Assembly: GCA_006226545.1 (NCBI GenBank) | Contig: SBGR01000012.1 | Coordinates: 38,156 to 102,155 of the forward strand | DNA length: 64,000 nt | Reading direction: 5' to 3' | DNA from: Bacteroidota bacterium | Lineage (GTDB): Bacteria; Bacteroidota; Bacteroidia; UBA8524 | Shown: piece by piece, positions 29,701-40,100 of the stretch | How positions within the stretch are numbered: position 1 is the first letter of the stretch | Layout of the letters: each line of letters begins with the position of its first letter | The notes under the pieces: generated by a model | Seen by the model: only the letters and a program-made list of their open reading frames with translations | Database searches by the model: none | What the model was told of the DNA's origin: nothing | Made by a program: the position numbers and the translations under genes

Positions 29701-32591
29701 TTGGTGAGCCAGGTGTTTACGATGTTTGTTTGACTGCTCAGAATGCTTTGGGTAGCTCAACTAAAAAATGTAAAACAGCTTACATCACTATCCGCGACGT
29801 AAACAACATGTGTATCGGTAACCAATCATCTTCTGCTACCAGCGGAGAGATTTACGATTCAGGTGGACCGAATGCTTCTTATGGTAACAATGAAAATTGC
29901 GACTTCTTAATTGAGCCTTGCGCAAGCAGCGTAAACTTGAAGTTCACAGAATTCAGCCTTGCTAACGCAGCTCACGTATTGCGCGTTTACGATGGTAGAG
30001 ATGCTACTGGAACCCTGTTAGGTACTTTCTCTAGCACATCAGGATTGCCAGGTGGTACTAACGGTTTGACTGCGAACAGCGGTGCTATGTACTTAGCATG
30101 GCAAACAAGTGCAACTGGTACAGCTAGCGGTTTTGCAGCTCGTTGGACTAGCGTTGCCGATACCAGCAATACTTTGACTGCAGGATTTACTGTACAAGAC
30201 ACTGCTTTTGAGCAAGAGACTGTGCCGTTTAACAATACTTCAGTAGGAAGTGGATTGACCTACAGCTGGGATTTCGATATGGACAGTAACGAAGACAGCC
30301 AAATTGAAGATCCAAGCTTCCAGTATACTGCTGCAGGTACTTACTATCCAGAATTGACTGTAGCGGATGCTTGCGGCCATAGCCAAACAATCAACGATAC
30401 CATCGTTATCGTTACGCCTTCTTCTTCTCCAATCGTAGATTTTGAAGCTGACGCTAAATTGGTATCAACTACCGATGTGGTTTACATCACAGATAAAACT
30501 ACCAATGGTCCGATTGCTTGGACTTATACTTTCTCCCCTAATACGGTGAACATTGTAGGTGGTACAGGTAGAAATCCACAGGTGAGCTTTACTGATACAG
30601 GTTGGTACTCTATTACCTTAGATGCAACCAACGCTGCAGGTACAGCTTCAGCTACAAAAACTTCGTATATCCACGTGGTTGAGCTTTGTGATCCATCTGT
30701 AAACTTGCTTGTACCGGATTTGGGTATCAACCGAGTTACCTTGAATAACATGTCTAACAACTCCAATTCTGGTATCCAAGGTTTCACTAGCTACTTTAAC
30801 TCTACCACAGTTCCGGCTGCTCAACTTGATGCCGGTGGTAACTACAACTTAACTGTTGGACGTAGCAGCACCTTGAACAGAATGAACCGTAAGGCGTGGA
30901 TCGACTTCAATGGCGATGGCGACTTTAACGATGCCGGAGAATTGGTGGGTCATGAAACAGCAGCTTTAACAGCTAGCTGGACTGTAAACTTCACTGTTCC
31001 GGTAACTTCTACAAGAGGTGCGGTACGCATGCGTATCGGTGTTGCTTTTGCAGATTCAACCAACGAACCATGTGGTACAAACTTCTATGGTGAAGTTGAA
31101 GAGTACAGAGTTCAAATCAACGAAGACATCACTGCCCCAGTTATTACTTTGGTGGGATTGAATCCGGTTACCATTGAGCTAGGACAAACCTATGCTGATT
31201 CAGGCGCAACAGCTTTTGATGCGGTTGACGGTAACTTGACAGGTCAGATTATTACTACGAATAACCTGAACATCAACGCTGCAGGTACTTACCAGTACTT
31301 CTACAATGTGAGCGATGCAGCTGGTAATGCTGCTGAGCAGGTAACTAGAACGATCATTGTTCGTCCTGATAATACGCCTCCTGTTCTTCAGTTGAATACT
31401 CCACTTGTAATCACTATTCCTTTGTTGAGCACTTTCACTGAGCCAGGCTGGACCGCTATCGATGCGATCTCAGGTAATGTGAGTGGTACTGTTCAAGTTG
31501 ACAAATCAACTTTCGATAGCACAACTGTAGGTAGCTACAGAGTGGCTTACATCGCTACTGATGGTTTCGCAAATACCGATACGCAATACCGTGTGATTAA
31601 CGTAGTAGACGTTACCGCTCCGGTTATTACGTTGAACGGTGTTAGCCCAATGGATGTTGAAGTATTTACTGCCTTCAATGATCCGGGTGTTAGCGTAACC
31701 GATAACTACGATCCTATTGTGATTGCTCAAGTAAGCAGCAATGTGAACTTGAATGCATTGGGAACTTATACTATCCAATATGCTGCAGAAGATGCTAGCG
31801 GAAACGTAAGCAGCTTGACTAGAACAGTGAATGTGGTAGACAATACCGCTCCAACATTGCAAGTATTCGGTGCCGATACCCTGGTGGTTGAAGTATTTGG
31901 ATCAGTAGCAATGCCTCAGGTATCTGCTAGCGATAACTACGATCAGCATGTTCAAGTGACCATGTCTGGCAACTACGACCTTACTACTTTGGGAGTTTAC
32001 CAAGTAAGCTTTATGGCTGAAGATGCTTCAGGCAATCAATCGGCTTCTGTAAGCCGATTCGTAAAAGTAGTGGATACGGAAATTCCTGTAATTACCTTGA
32101 ATGGTTCATACCTCATCACGGTTGACCGTTGGGGAACATTTACAGATCCAGGTGTAACCATTACAGATAACTACTATACCGGCTTGGTAGCAACCCTTGG
32201 TGGTAACTATGTTGATACAGACGAAGAAGGCTTGTTCTACATCACTTACGATGCGGTGGATAGCTCAGGTAACGTAGCGGCTCAAGTAACAAGAGCAATC
32301 AACGTGGTTTACAACCCAACTTCTGTAGGCTCTAAGGTAGCTGGCGCTAAGTTTAGTCTTTACCCTAACCCGGCAAGAGACTTCGCTGTAATCGATTTCA
32401 ACGACGACTTAAACGAAGAAGTTAGCCTTGAAGTGATGAACGGAATTGGTCAGCAAGTGATCAAGTCAACTGTTCAACTCCAGGGAGGTAAATACACCCT
32501 AAATACCGATGCATTGAAACCGGGTACTTATATCATACTCGTGAACATGAACGGTAGAGTTCGTACTCAAAAATTAATTGTCAACAAGTAA
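23712..32591 (+). CDS. giant secreted surface protein B (2959 aa): same grammar as A but with three consecutive CARDB + beta-helix modules, then PKD x2, CUB-like, PKD x2, GEVED, DUF5011 x~7, T9SS type-A CTD
   Basis: ATG 23712 with signal peptide MKASNIRKLMLWMLGLAWSGLAQA-QT. GEIEDYSFSVV and NFYGEVEEYRVQINE are GEVED ends. Three IGADE(F/G/S) helix ends lie near 25915, 27605 and 29262. The C-terminus FSLYPNPARDFAVIDF…GTYIILVNMNGRVRTQKLIVNK is a T9SS CTD. Confidence 0.9.
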   Translation: MKASNIRKLMLWMLGLAWSGLAQAQTYCSPGATNVANYGCGMQEVTVGSMTNSTGQPNYLNYYSDYSSQLGASATAGAIVNVSLRAGTGNSSRFGIYIDWNKDGVFDASEQLLLTGTVGAGSTYNGNITVPAAQSTGLYRMRIVGDISFATIDPCALQYTGEIEDYSFSVVGASLDVAAVAGTNSLTIGNNTLALNVVNLTSATTLTSLDFGYRLDNNTPVTESVNGLNIAGGGFHERIFNTALNISTPGIYTLKMWVRNPNGNGAGIAGNDTVTYTIQACYPLNGTYTIDPNGSGGSNFTSFADAVNSLSICGINGPVTFNVAATTFTEQVSIPFISGVSSTNTINFVGAGKNATTLTYGSQTTDSRHTLRFDGAAFVQFRDMTVRSTNGSFGWTIHHTGSGGAQSILLNNLSIECAGGGANTTSTNFIGVVYSGTNTSYTSNLLAFNNRVDSCEIDGGYFSISFYGNTSTNANYGNYFTHNTLTNAYYYGFYANYLSEIKIKNNTVTTRTSGTTTTASYGMYIVNSNNSYPYLHEIVGNRIYDCGRYGIYLSSTSGSVGSKGIMANNFIGGNFRNTSLVNAIYMSYSSWWNVYFNSIHVDNNVNGDAIGIYVNGSTNTFTLDVRNNMIQVTGNSTNPLAVYANSHTLFSELDYNNYWVTNSSNLLFVGQTLNKNGFVGVNNMDNNSKNLDAPYQSATNLRYTNGCISGISVSQVTKDIDGDNRTSTPNIGADEFINTSTNDIGIAKILEPGSPVTTGQQNVVVRVKNYGTNTINSAQVSYTLNGGQPVTISWTGTLLPCGEIDVTFSGANAVTIGPGVNRINAYTALPGGNLDNFPSNDELELTVCPAMSGTFSIDANGQGANNFRSFTDAVDALSCSGLNGPVVLNVAPGTYIEQIALRNINGVSAQNSITIQGQSGQAASTVLGYSSVVSAARHTLLLDNMQYVTIKNLTIRTLGTSYGWALHLMGTSSDIAIDSCNIEVLGGGSTSTSTNFIALILNNDPMNTGYAIQFTNISVKNSTIRNGYYGIYTTGNGTGSTNLLLEDNKILTPYYYGIYHNNSNAVTFLNNEVNMRMNNANSYGMYIINTNANSNYYSQINNNKVVNAGRYGIYFSSANNTTSFRGELINNMIGGGFTSTSSRGLALLSSNYWNVWHNSVNVDYQQTSTTAAAFYTSGASYLDVRNNNFALTHPNQNSGSIYPVYMNGSTGLVCDYNNYFKNGSTSNFVRISGVNYNVNNFRGGGGFNVNSYFSEPGFVSAQDLHAGSGCMIAPRLTQVTEDFDGDTRNPSTTIGADEGIELDALVNGLLSPSGTNISGTQDVEFYVKNGGQSTVTSFTAGYMVNGANTVTTNWSGVLNPCDSVLISFTGGQAATIPNSGLVSIAGFIGNVNGTGDDNLLNDTTAGTFCNGPLDGVYTLNATSAAPRNFSDVTSMMAVLNSCGMSGNVEVQVAAGVYSGQIFLNPATISGLGTYTFAMHGIDSASSVITYNGGGYTLRLNGVSNSVFTNLGFENTATSSAFTVHLTNGSDNNLFSHCDISAPSVSNSSVIAYGVFGPSSYSQTGSNWGNNNILEYSTVRGGWIGTNFYGSGNTSIMSQGNTVRNCVITDAYYYGAYNYFQQGSVYTDNRMDIPSTASGVIYFSYCPEVDVQRNILLGGSTYGIYMNQVSPSSGSGQSNIINNMIGGMYTTGTSYGIYNINTYNTRFYHNTVYVSNTSNTGRAFYNSSGSGNQLVNNTFISDAPNGYAMYLSTNNTFTTINYNNLVSASTNLAYTWGSTYFDLPSLQASNTTYNVNSVSTMPQFISQTNVTPDLHINQNWQAPYGDNTLGVTVDVDGDFRCASAKTIGADESGFIDPVSVQFTVNDTVFVNSPFTAINADLPGSLRSYEWDFNNDGSVEFTTLNATYTYNSPGVKQIKLTSRSCNGGDSVIKNVVVVTPTAAPEADFIADMYSAAPFDEVRLQDLSTNGPIGWIWEITPDPNSLIFYDPYDQNPTVFFGEPGVYDVCLTAQNALGSSTKKCKTAYITIRDVNNMCIGNQSSSATSGEIYDSGGPNASYGNNENCDFLIEPCASSVNLKFTEFSLANAAHVLRVYDGRDATGTLLGTFSSTSGLPGGTNGLTANSGAMYLAWQTSATGTASGFAARWTSVADTSNTLTAGFTVQDTAFEQETVPFNNTSVGSGLTYSWDFDMDSNEDSQIEDPSFQYTAAGTYYPELTVADACGHSQTINDTIVIVTPSSSPIVDFEADAKLVSTTDVVYITDKTTNGPIAWTYTFSPNTVNIVGGTGRNPQVSFTDTGWYSITLDATNAAGTASATKTSYIHVVELCDPSVNLLVPDLGINRVTLNNMSNNSNSGIQGFTSYFNSTTVPAAQLDAGGNYNLTVGRSSTLNRMNRKAWIDFNGDGDFNDAGELVGHETAALTASWTVNFTVPVTSTRGAVRMRIGVAFADSTNEPCGTNFYGEVEEYRVQINEDITAPVITLVGLNPVTIELGQTYADSGATAFDAVDGNLTGQIITTNNLNINAAGTYQYFYNVSDAAGNAAEQVTRTIIVRPDNTPPVLQLNTPLVITIPLLSTFTEPGWTAIDAISGNVSGTVQVDKSTFDSTTVGSYRVAYIATDGFANTDTQYRVINVVDVTAPVITLNGVSPMDVEVFTAFNDPGVSVTDNYDPIVIAQVSSNVNLNALGTYTIQYAAEDASGNVSSLTRTVNVVDNTAPTLQVFGADTLVVEVFGSVAMPQVSASDNYDQHVQVTMSGNYDLTTLGVYQVSFMAEDASGNQSASVSRFVKVVDTEIPVITLNGSYLITVDRWGTFTDPGVTITDNYYTGLVATLGGNYVDTDEEGLFYITYDAVDSSGNVAAQVTRAINVVYNPTSVGSKVAGAKFSLYPNPARDFAVIDFNDDLNEEVSLEVMNGIGQQVIKSTVQLQGGKYTLNTDALKPGTYIILVNMNGRVRTQKLIVNK
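29805..30151 (+). other. CUB-like domain inside gene B
   Basis: NNMCIGNQSSSATSGEIYDSGGPNASYGNNENCDFLIEPCASSVNLKFTEFSLANAAHVLRVYDGRDATGTLLGTF…ANSGAMYLAWQTSATGTASGFAARWTS. Collinear with the gene A copy. Confidence 0.5.
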
Positions 32592-32602
32592 AAGCAAACG
32601 AT

Positions 32603-32628
32603 AGCCGCGACTTCGGTCGCGGCTGTTT
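32603..32628 (+). terminator. rho-independent terminator after gene B
   Basis: AGCCGCGACttcgGTCGCGGCTgttt. Confidence 0.55.
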
Positions 32629-32640
32629 AAATCGAATCTT

Positions 32641-35600
32641 ATGAAATTTATATCATACCTGAAATCGAAAGGCCTGAGTACCTTCAAGCTCATGGTGGCC
32701 GGAGGTCTGATGACCGTTCCGTTTGCTGCTTCAGCTCAGTACACATCTTCCGATGCAATCCAGAATACTCTCGAGGTATTTCCGGGAATGAATAATACAG
32801 CCATTCTTGAGGTGCAGGTGGTAACAGGTGGTAATGCTTCGGTATTGACCGCTATGACCTTCTCTACCTCTGGAACTACGAGTGCTGCTGATATTGAAAA
32901 TGCCAAGTTGATCTACGACAATAACGGATCATTTAATGCTTCATTGAGCTTAGCGAATCAAGTAGGTTCAACCGTTACTTCGCCGAATGGTAACTTTACC
33001 TTCACCGGACTTAACATTGGCTTGGCAAGCGGTACCAACCGTTTCTTCTTGGTTTACGACCTGCCTTATTCTGCCGATACCAATAATGTGGTAGACGCAG
33101 AATGTTTGTCGGTGGTAGTAGATGCCAATACTGAAACACCATCTAATACTGCTCCTACCGGCGATAGAGCCATAGTAGGTAATGCCTTTTTTAACTACTG
33201 TCTCTATCCGGCAACCAATCCGCTCAACTACCAAATCGGTATTAGCCGTTTGCAAATTGGCACTAGGGTAATTACCAATGCTATCGCGGTGGCAGGAACG
33301 GTACAAACCAATACCACAGACATCATTGATCTAGTAAAAGACGTAACCTATGATTTCAATTACAATGGTGGTAGCGGCAATCCTCAGAATGAAAGAATCT
33401 ACATCGACTTGAACAACGATGGTTTCTTTGATGCTTCTGAAATTGTATTCTCAGGTTCAACTCCGGCAAGTACCCGTACATACGGTTCATTGCCTGTAGA
33501 TTGTGGCCTAGAAAGCGGATTGCACCGAGTTCGTATTGCTACTGACCTTGGTGTACCTACCAGTGCTTGCGGTCCGAATGGATACGGAACAGCATACGAA
33601 ATCACGGTTAACTTTATGGATGCTCCTGCACCTGTAGCGGACTTCACCGTAAACGATACAGTATACACCGGTTCTTATGTTGATTTCACTAATACATCTT
33701 CTGGTTTAGGGTATACCTATTCTTGGGACTTTGAAAACGATGGTAATGTTGATGCCAATACTACCAACGCTAGAACACAATACAATACTGCCGGTTCAAG
33801 AACAGTAAAATTGAAAATGGAGCGCATCAGCTGCGGTAGCCCGTTGGCAGATAGCATCACTAAAACGGTGGTAGTTCAAAACCCAACCGGTGTTCCATCT
33901 TCTGAATTCATTGCTAACCGTAACATCACCAACCAAACACTCATCGTAACCTTAACGGATTTGAGTACCAACGGTGCAAACAAATGGCACTGGAAGATTA
34001 CACCTGAGTACGTGAACGGTCAGCAAGCCTATATCTACGCAAACGGTACCGACTCAACTTCACAAAATCCGGAGATCCTTTTCTCAGAATTGGGTGAATA
34101 CAATGTTGAGTTCTACTCTGAAAACATCCTCGGTGCAGGTAATTATGTTACCAAGCCTACCTATATCCGCAATATTGATGTTATCAATTTCTGCTCTATT
34201 AACGGTACAACTGCTGAAGCTGGCTTTATCGCTGATGAAGGGGGTGTTTTTGCAAACTACCCGAACTATGCAGGAACTGGTAAATTGTGTGGATTCCTTA
34301 TCCAGCCGGCATGTGCTGCTGATATTACCTTTAACTTCCTCGACTTTGATATGAGCTCATATCAGGTTACCGGATGTTTTATCCCGGGTTCTAATCCGCA
34401 AACATTGCAGCCATTTGACCATGTTAAGATCTACGATGGAACCGATAATACTGGTATTCCTTTGCACGTAGCTGCCGGTTTCCCTAACGGTTTCTCCAAT
34501 GGTCCGGCAAATACTCCTTTGGCTCAATTGCCACCATCAGTAACAGCTTCTTCTGGAAGTATGTTTATTGAATACTCCGTAAACTGTGCTTTCAACGGTA
34601 GAGGTTTCTTAGGTGAGTGGAGCAGTACACCAAAAGTATTGCCTACTCCAATGGCTTCTTTCACCGGTGTTGATAGTGCATACATCAACTCTCCTGAAAT
34701 ATTTACGAATACAACTTCAGGTATCTATGACCAATCAAGCTGGGATTTTAATAACGACGGTTTGAATGACTATAGCGGTATTGATGCTGAAATTACCTTC
34801 ACTACTCCAGGTACACAAACAGTGAAGCTTACTGCTTCACGTTGCGGTAATGGTAACAGCTTTACAAAAGACGTTGTTGTTAGAGCTCCATCTTCAGCTC
34901 CGGTTGTAGATTTTACAGCTAGCCGTACAGAGATCATTGTATTGGATACTGTGAGATTCTCAGACAAGAGCTTAGAGGGTCCTACCCAATGGCGTTGGAC
35001 AATCACACCGTCTCAAAATGCTCAGTTTGTAGATGGTACTACTTCAACTTCACGTAACCCTCGCGTTCAGTTTACAAGAACAGGTTCGTATACTGTTAAG
35101 CTTTGGGCTTTGAATAACCTTGGTCAAGACAGTTTGACTAAAACCACCTATGTTAATGTATTTGCTTACTGTACTCCAAGTGCAGTTAACCTATCTGCTG
35201 ATATAGGAATTAGTGAAGTGAACTTTGGAGGTATTAACAGAACGTCTAATACAGGTGTTACAGGTTATACTTCTTACATGGATTGGACTGAAGTGCAAGT
35301 GGGTGCAACTTACCCAATCACAATTTCTCGTCCGAGCAGCTACAATCAGGTTAATTACAAAGTATGGATCGATTTCAACAAAAACGGAACATTCAATGAT
35401 CCGGGTGAAGAAGTGGCCAGCTCAGGAACTATTGCAGGTTTGAGCTTTAATGCTTCAATCAGAATTCCTAAAAATGCAACCGAAGGCACTACTAGAATGC
35501 GTATCGGTGCAAGTTCTGAAAGCAACCCTAACTTCTCATGTGGTCCGAACCAATTTGGTGAATTTGAAGACTACCGCATCTTTATTACCGAAGACAATAC

Positions 35601-37056
35601 AAAACCGGTGATTACGCTTAACGGTAGCAATCCGTTCTATATTGAACAAGGCTATAGCTTTACTGATCCAGGCGCTGTTGCATGGGATAACGGTGATGGT
35701 GACATCAGCCAGTTTATTCTAACCAATTCCAATTTTGACAGCTCTGTTGTAGGTGAATACTTCGTAAGCTACAACGTTACAGACTCGGCTGGTAACAAAG
35801 CAGATTCAGTAACACGCTACATCATTGTTGAAGAAGATGGTTCAGGTCCACACATCACATTACAAGGTGGAGATACCATTTTCCATCCAGTAAACACTAC
35901 TTGGAATGAGCCTGGTTATTCAGCCATCGATTTCGTAGACGGTGTTATCAACAACGTAACTACAGTTGGTACTGTAGACGATGCTCAATTGGGTGTTTAT
36001 TTCATCACTTACAATGCACTCGATTTGCAAGGCAACAGCTCTTCTGTTCAACGTGTGGTGAAAGTGGTAGATCAAATTGCTCCTTTGCTTGCTTTGAATG
36101 GCGCTGATCCTTTGATTGTTAACTTTGGAGATGCATTCCCTGATCCGGGCGTATCAATTACTGATAACTACTATACTAGCTTGGCTTACCAAGTGAGTGG
36201 AAGCGTGAACACCAAAGTATTGGGTAATTATATCCTTACCTATACTTCAGTTGATCCTTCAGGTAATGCGGCTGCACCGCTTACGCGTACTGTAATTGTA
36301 CAAGATACTGAAGAGCCTAGCATTGATTTGATTGGCTTGGATACCTTGTACCTTGATGTATTCACTAAATATGTGGAGTCTGGTGCTGTGGTTACAGATA
36401 ATCACACTAAAGGTTTAACCTATACAATCACCGGATCTGTAAATAATGCAGCCCTTGGTGAGTATGTATTGACTTACAATGCAACCGATTCTTCAGGTAA
36501 TGCTGGTTCTGTTGCTCGTGTAGTAAGAGTGGTTGACCGTGAAGCTCCGGTTATTACCTTGAAAGGTTCTAGCTTGATTAACATGAAGCGCTTTGGTTCA
36601 CTCAATGATCCAGGTGTGACTTTAAGCGATAACTACGATACGGAAGTTGAATTGCAAGCTAACTTGATCGTTGTGGATTCAGTGGTATACCACCAAGAAG
36701 GAGTATACCAATACTGCTACCGTTTAACTGATAACTCAGGTAACAAAGCAGCTGAAGTATGCCGCATCGTGCAAGTAGGTCCTGCTGATCCTAACGGAAT
36801 TGAAACAGCAGAGCTTGAAATCAATGTTTTCCCTAACCCATCTAGAAACGTATTCAATATTGACTTGTCAGGATTGAATGGTTTGCAATCGATGAAAGTT
36901 TACAATATCCAGGGTAGCCTAGTACAAGAGATTGCCATCGAATCAGGTAAGACACTATACAGTCTTGATTTGGGTGAGAAATCTCCGGGTATCTACTACG
37001 TAACTCTGAACATTAACAATACTTACCACAGTGTGAAACTGTTGTTATTAGATTAG
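32641..37056 (+). CDS. giant secreted surface protein C (1471 aa): signal peptide, unknown N-domain, GEVED, PKD x2, CUB-like, PKD x2, GEVED, DUF5011 x~6, T9SS type-A CTD
   Basis: ATG 32641 with signal peptide ending …FAASA-QY. YGTAYEITVNF and GEFEDYRIFITE are GEVED ends. WDFENDG and WDFNNDG mark PKD domains. The C-terminus INVFPNPSRNVFNIDLSGL…GIYYVTLNINNTYHSVKLLLLD is a T9SS CTD. Confidence 0.9.
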   Translation: MKFISYLKSKGLSTFKLMVAGGLMTVPFAASAQYTSSDAIQNTLEVFPGMNNTAILEVQVVTGGNASVLTAMTFSTSGTTSAADIENAKLIYDNNGSFNASLSLANQVGSTVTSPNGNFTFTGLNIGLASGTNRFFLVYDLPYSADTNNVVDAECLSVVVDANTETPSNTAPTGDRAIVGNAFFNYCLYPATNPLNYQIGISRLQIGTRVITNAIAVAGTVQTNTTDIIDLVKDVTYDFNYNGGSGNPQNERIYIDLNNDGFFDASEIVFSGSTPASTRTYGSLPVDCGLESGLHRVRIATDLGVPTSACGPNGYGTAYEITVNFMDAPAPVADFTVNDTVYTGSYVDFTNTSSGLGYTYSWDFENDGNVDANTTNARTQYNTAGSRTVKLKMERISCGSPLADSITKTVVVQNPTGVPSSEFIANRNITNQTLIVTLTDLSTNGANKWHWKITPEYVNGQQAYIYANGTDSTSQNPEILFSELGEYNVEFYSENILGAGNYVTKPTYIRNIDVINFCSINGTTAEAGFIADEGGVFANYPNYAGTGKLCGFLIQPACAADITFNFLDFDMSSYQVTGCFIPGSNPQTLQPFDHVKIYDGTDNTGIPLHVAAGFPNGFSNGPANTPLAQLPPSVTASSGSMFIEYSVNCAFNGRGFLGEWSSTPKVLPTPMASFTGVDSAYINSPEIFTNTTSGIYDQSSWDFNNDGLNDYSGIDAEITFTTPGTQTVKLTASRCGNGNSFTKDVVVRAPSSAPVVDFTASRTEIIVLDTVRFSDKSLEGPTQWRWTITPSQNAQFVDGTTSTSRNPRVQFTRTGSYTVKLWALNNLGQDSLTKTTYVNVFAYCTPSAVNLSADIGISEVNFGGINRTSNTGVTGYTSYMDWTEVQVGATYPITISRPSSYNQVNYKVWIDFNKNGTFNDPGEEVASSGTIAGLSFNASIRIPKNATEGTTRMRIGASSESNPNFSCGPNQFGEFEDYRIFITEDNTKPVITLNGSNPFYIEQGYSFTDPGAVAWDNGDGDISQFILTNSNFDSSVVGEYFVSYNVTDSAGNKADSVTRYIIVEEDGSGPHITLQGGDTIFHPVNTTWNEPGYSAIDFVDGVINNVTTVGTVDDAQLGVYFITYNALDLQGNSSSVQRVVKVVDQIAPLLALNGADPLIVNFGDAFPDPGVSITDNYYTSLAYQVSGSVNTKVLGNYILTYTSVDPSGNAAAPLTRTVIVQDTEEPSIDLIGLDTLYLDVFTKYVESGAVVTDNHTKGLTYTITGSVNNAALGEYVLTYNATDSSGNAGSVARVVRVVDREAPVITLKGSSLINMKRFGSLNDPGVTLSDNYDTEVELQANLIVVDSVVYHQEGVYQYCYRLTDNSGNKAAEVCRIVQVGPADPNGIETAELEINVFPNPSRNVFNIDLSGLNGLQSMKVYNIQGSLVQEIAIESGKTLYSLDLGEKSPGIYYVTLNINNTYHSVKLLLLD
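34186..34626 (+). other. CUB-like domain inside gene C (with an internal insertion)
   Basis: NFCSINGTTAEAGFIADEGGVFANYPNYAGTGKLCGFLIQPACAADITFNFLDFDMSS…DHVKIYDGTDNTGIPLHVAAGF…ASSGSMFIEYSVNCAFNGRGFLGEWSS. Confidence 0.45.
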
Positions 37057-37129
37057 AAAACCTTGGTTTGGTAGAAGTCAAAGATGTCGGTCCGAAAGGT
37101 CGGCATCTTTTGGCGTTTATAGCCACTTG

Positions 37130-40100
37130 ATGAAATGGTCCCTCAAAATAGCTTTTGCCTTGTTCTGCGTTTTAACGTGGGCAGGAGAACTTATGGGACA
37201 AAGACTCAATTGGTCTAGCATAGATGAAAATCAAAGTCACTTTGGCTTTGTAGGTTACCAGGGCGGTCGAAAGAACGCATGTACCGACCGCTCCGGTAAC
37301 TTAATTTACTGTTCGCCGTTTGCCAATTTCATTCACGTAGACAGCCAGCAGCATACCGCCAATTTTGAAACGCTTATTGTCAAGCGAGACAAAGACGGTC
37401 ATGTGCTTTGGTCTAGGACCTTATCCGGTACTGGATTCAAATCCGGACATTCCATTCATGCCGACTCGCTCGGAAATATTTACCTCTTAGGCTGGTACTA
37501 TGGTAATTCCAGTATCAATGGGGTGAATTTGTATTCCTATGGCAACTACGATTGTTTCGTTGTGAAGCTGAGTAGTGCAGGTCAAATTCTGTATACCAGA
37601 ACCTTTGGTGGGGCAGGGTACGATTATCCTTTTGCGCTTACTACAGATTGGCAGGGGAATGCCTATATCGCAGGCAAGTTTAGTTTTACCATTCAAAGCG
37701 GGGCCTTAAGCGCTGCTGGAGGAGCCAATAGCCATTTTCTGCTGAAACTTCTGCCCAATGGTAACGTAAGTTATATCCGCAATACCTGTACAAGTGGGGC
37801 AGGCGATTGGGGAAAAGGAGATTTAGCGATGGGCAAAGACGGAAAATTGTACCTGGTCTCCAATTACTTTAATACTAGTGTGCTGGATACGGTGCAGCTC
37901 CAAAATACCGGTGCTGGAGGCTATTTAGCGAAAATTGAACCTGCCACGGGAAGAGTTGAAAAGGCCACGAAAGCCGGTTCCGAAGCTTGTTTGATCGATG
38001 TTGGACTTTCAGGTGAATTGATTATTGGTGGTTGGCATCGAAGTAACTTAGATTCTATTGCCTCTTCACGGTTGCCAAATCTAACAGGTGCTTCAGAATA
38101 TTATTTAGCGAGGCTCACACCTCAAATGAACTTAGTTCAAAGCACTTTAATCAAACGAAATGCAAGCGGATTAACGGGGCAGGAAGATTTCAGGCAATTG
38201 CATATTGGTACTTCCGGGCAGTTGTTTCTATCCGGAGACTTGGTAGGCGATTTCCAAGTGGGAAATCAACCCGTTCAGCTGATAGGTTATACCAATGGCT
38301 CGGCCACACAGGGAGCCTTAATCAAGCTGGAAGAAAATTTGAGCTTGGCTTGGTCGGCAAGTGTTTCTTCACAAGATACCTTGGGCGTACCTAATCCTGA
38401 TTTCGGCTGTGGCATCGCTACCGACTTACAAGGAAATATCTTTTGGCTCACATCCAATTTCGCTAACTCTGTTCAAGACACGCGACTTTACCTTAATCAA
38501 GATACGACAGCGGCCGACACCTTGAAGTCGCGCTACAAGGCATACGGAATCCACATTTGGAGTCTATCGGAACCTTATATCGCAACTCAAAATACATCGC
38601 CTTTGGTTGTTTGCCCTGGCGATAGTTTGCCTGTCAATTTTCTAAAATACGGCATTTTTGATCCGGGGAATGTCTTTCAGGTGGAGCTCTCAGACAGTAA
38701 CGGGAGTTTTGAGTTTGCTCGCGTATTAGGGCAACTTGCAGATACAGCTGCAGACACCATTCACGTGGAGGTGCCTTTCGATTTACATCCCGGCCAATAC
38801 CATTTCAGGGTCAATGGAAGTAATCCACGGGTGAAGGGATCGGCTACAGAGCTACCAATACAAGTTAGAGGCAAGCCGAATGCCTTCGCCGGTAACGACG
38901 TTTTCTTCTGTTTGGGCGATACGGTTGAATTAGGGGCTAGTGGAGGCGGATCTTACGATTGGTCTGGAACCGCTCCACTCTTAGATTCGTTTCAAGCGCA
39001 AGTGAGGGCATTGCCTGGACAAGACGCTAGTTTTATGGTTAAGGTTACAGATTCCTTGAGCTCTTGCTATAACCTCGATACGGTTGAATACCGTTACAGA
39101 CGCCAAGTATTTACACAAGCCATAGCCGATACAGTATTGTGTGCTGGACAGGTTTTGGTAGCGAAAATTCACCTTCTGGATGGGGATAGTGCCAAGCTAA
39201 CCAGTCTTTGGAAGGATGAAAATGGACAGGTGCTCAGTACGGCAGATAGTTTAGTTTTAGTTCCAAATAGGAGCATGCGGATTTTTGTGGAGGTTTGGGA
39301 TAGCTGTTCCCTGTTATCCGATACGCAATCGTTTCATATTACTTTGCGAGATCCCTTAAGTATTGAACTTGTTAGCGATACGTTGTTATGTCAGAATCAG
39401 GCTTCAACTTTGATTCCTCGGTTTGAAGGAGGTGATAGTCTAAACTATGCTTATGAATGGAGAGACAGTGCTTCCGGGCAACAACTATCCTTGAATGCTG
39501 TATTGCAGTCGTCGTTTAGCTCAGCGCAAACCTTGCAGGTAAAGCTTAGCGATGCATGCACAGTTCAACCTGACTCAGTTTATATTCATGTGGTTGTTCC
39601 TGATCCGCTTCAGGTGAGTTTGCTTGACAGTCTTTGGCTGTGTCCGGGCGATTCCGTTTTACTTAACGCTAGTACACAAGGCGGCTACCCGAATTCATTG
39701 CTTTACCAATGGGGGGCACAATCGCCGGTGATAGACAGTCAATATTGGTGGAAGCCGACTAGTACGTCTGGCTTAAAACTAAAGCTCAGCGATTACTGTC
39801 AAACGGCAGATTCAGCTGAGGTTTTTGCCACTTTACGAACACCAAAATCGCTACTGCTTAGAGCAGACACCTTGATTTGCCAAGGCGAAACGGTACTCGC
39901 ATGGCTTACAGGTTTTGAATCGGATACGGCGCAGTATTCCTTTCAATGGGATGGTTTCGCTTGGGGCCAGACGCAAGTATTCTATACCCCCGATTCAAGT
40001 TTTTACCCGCGTCTAAGGATACGCGATAACTGTTCCTTGCAAGCCTTTTATGATTCCTTTTTCATTGATGTTAGGCCGGAGCTACACTTGCAAGTGCCGG

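Noticed and set aside
37081-37126. Terminator between giant genes C and D
   Set aside because: The sequence gatgtcggtccgaaaggtcggcatctttt has a GAAA loop and a short T-run, but I could not build a convincing contiguous stem, so it is not reported as a feature. C and D may be co-transcribed.
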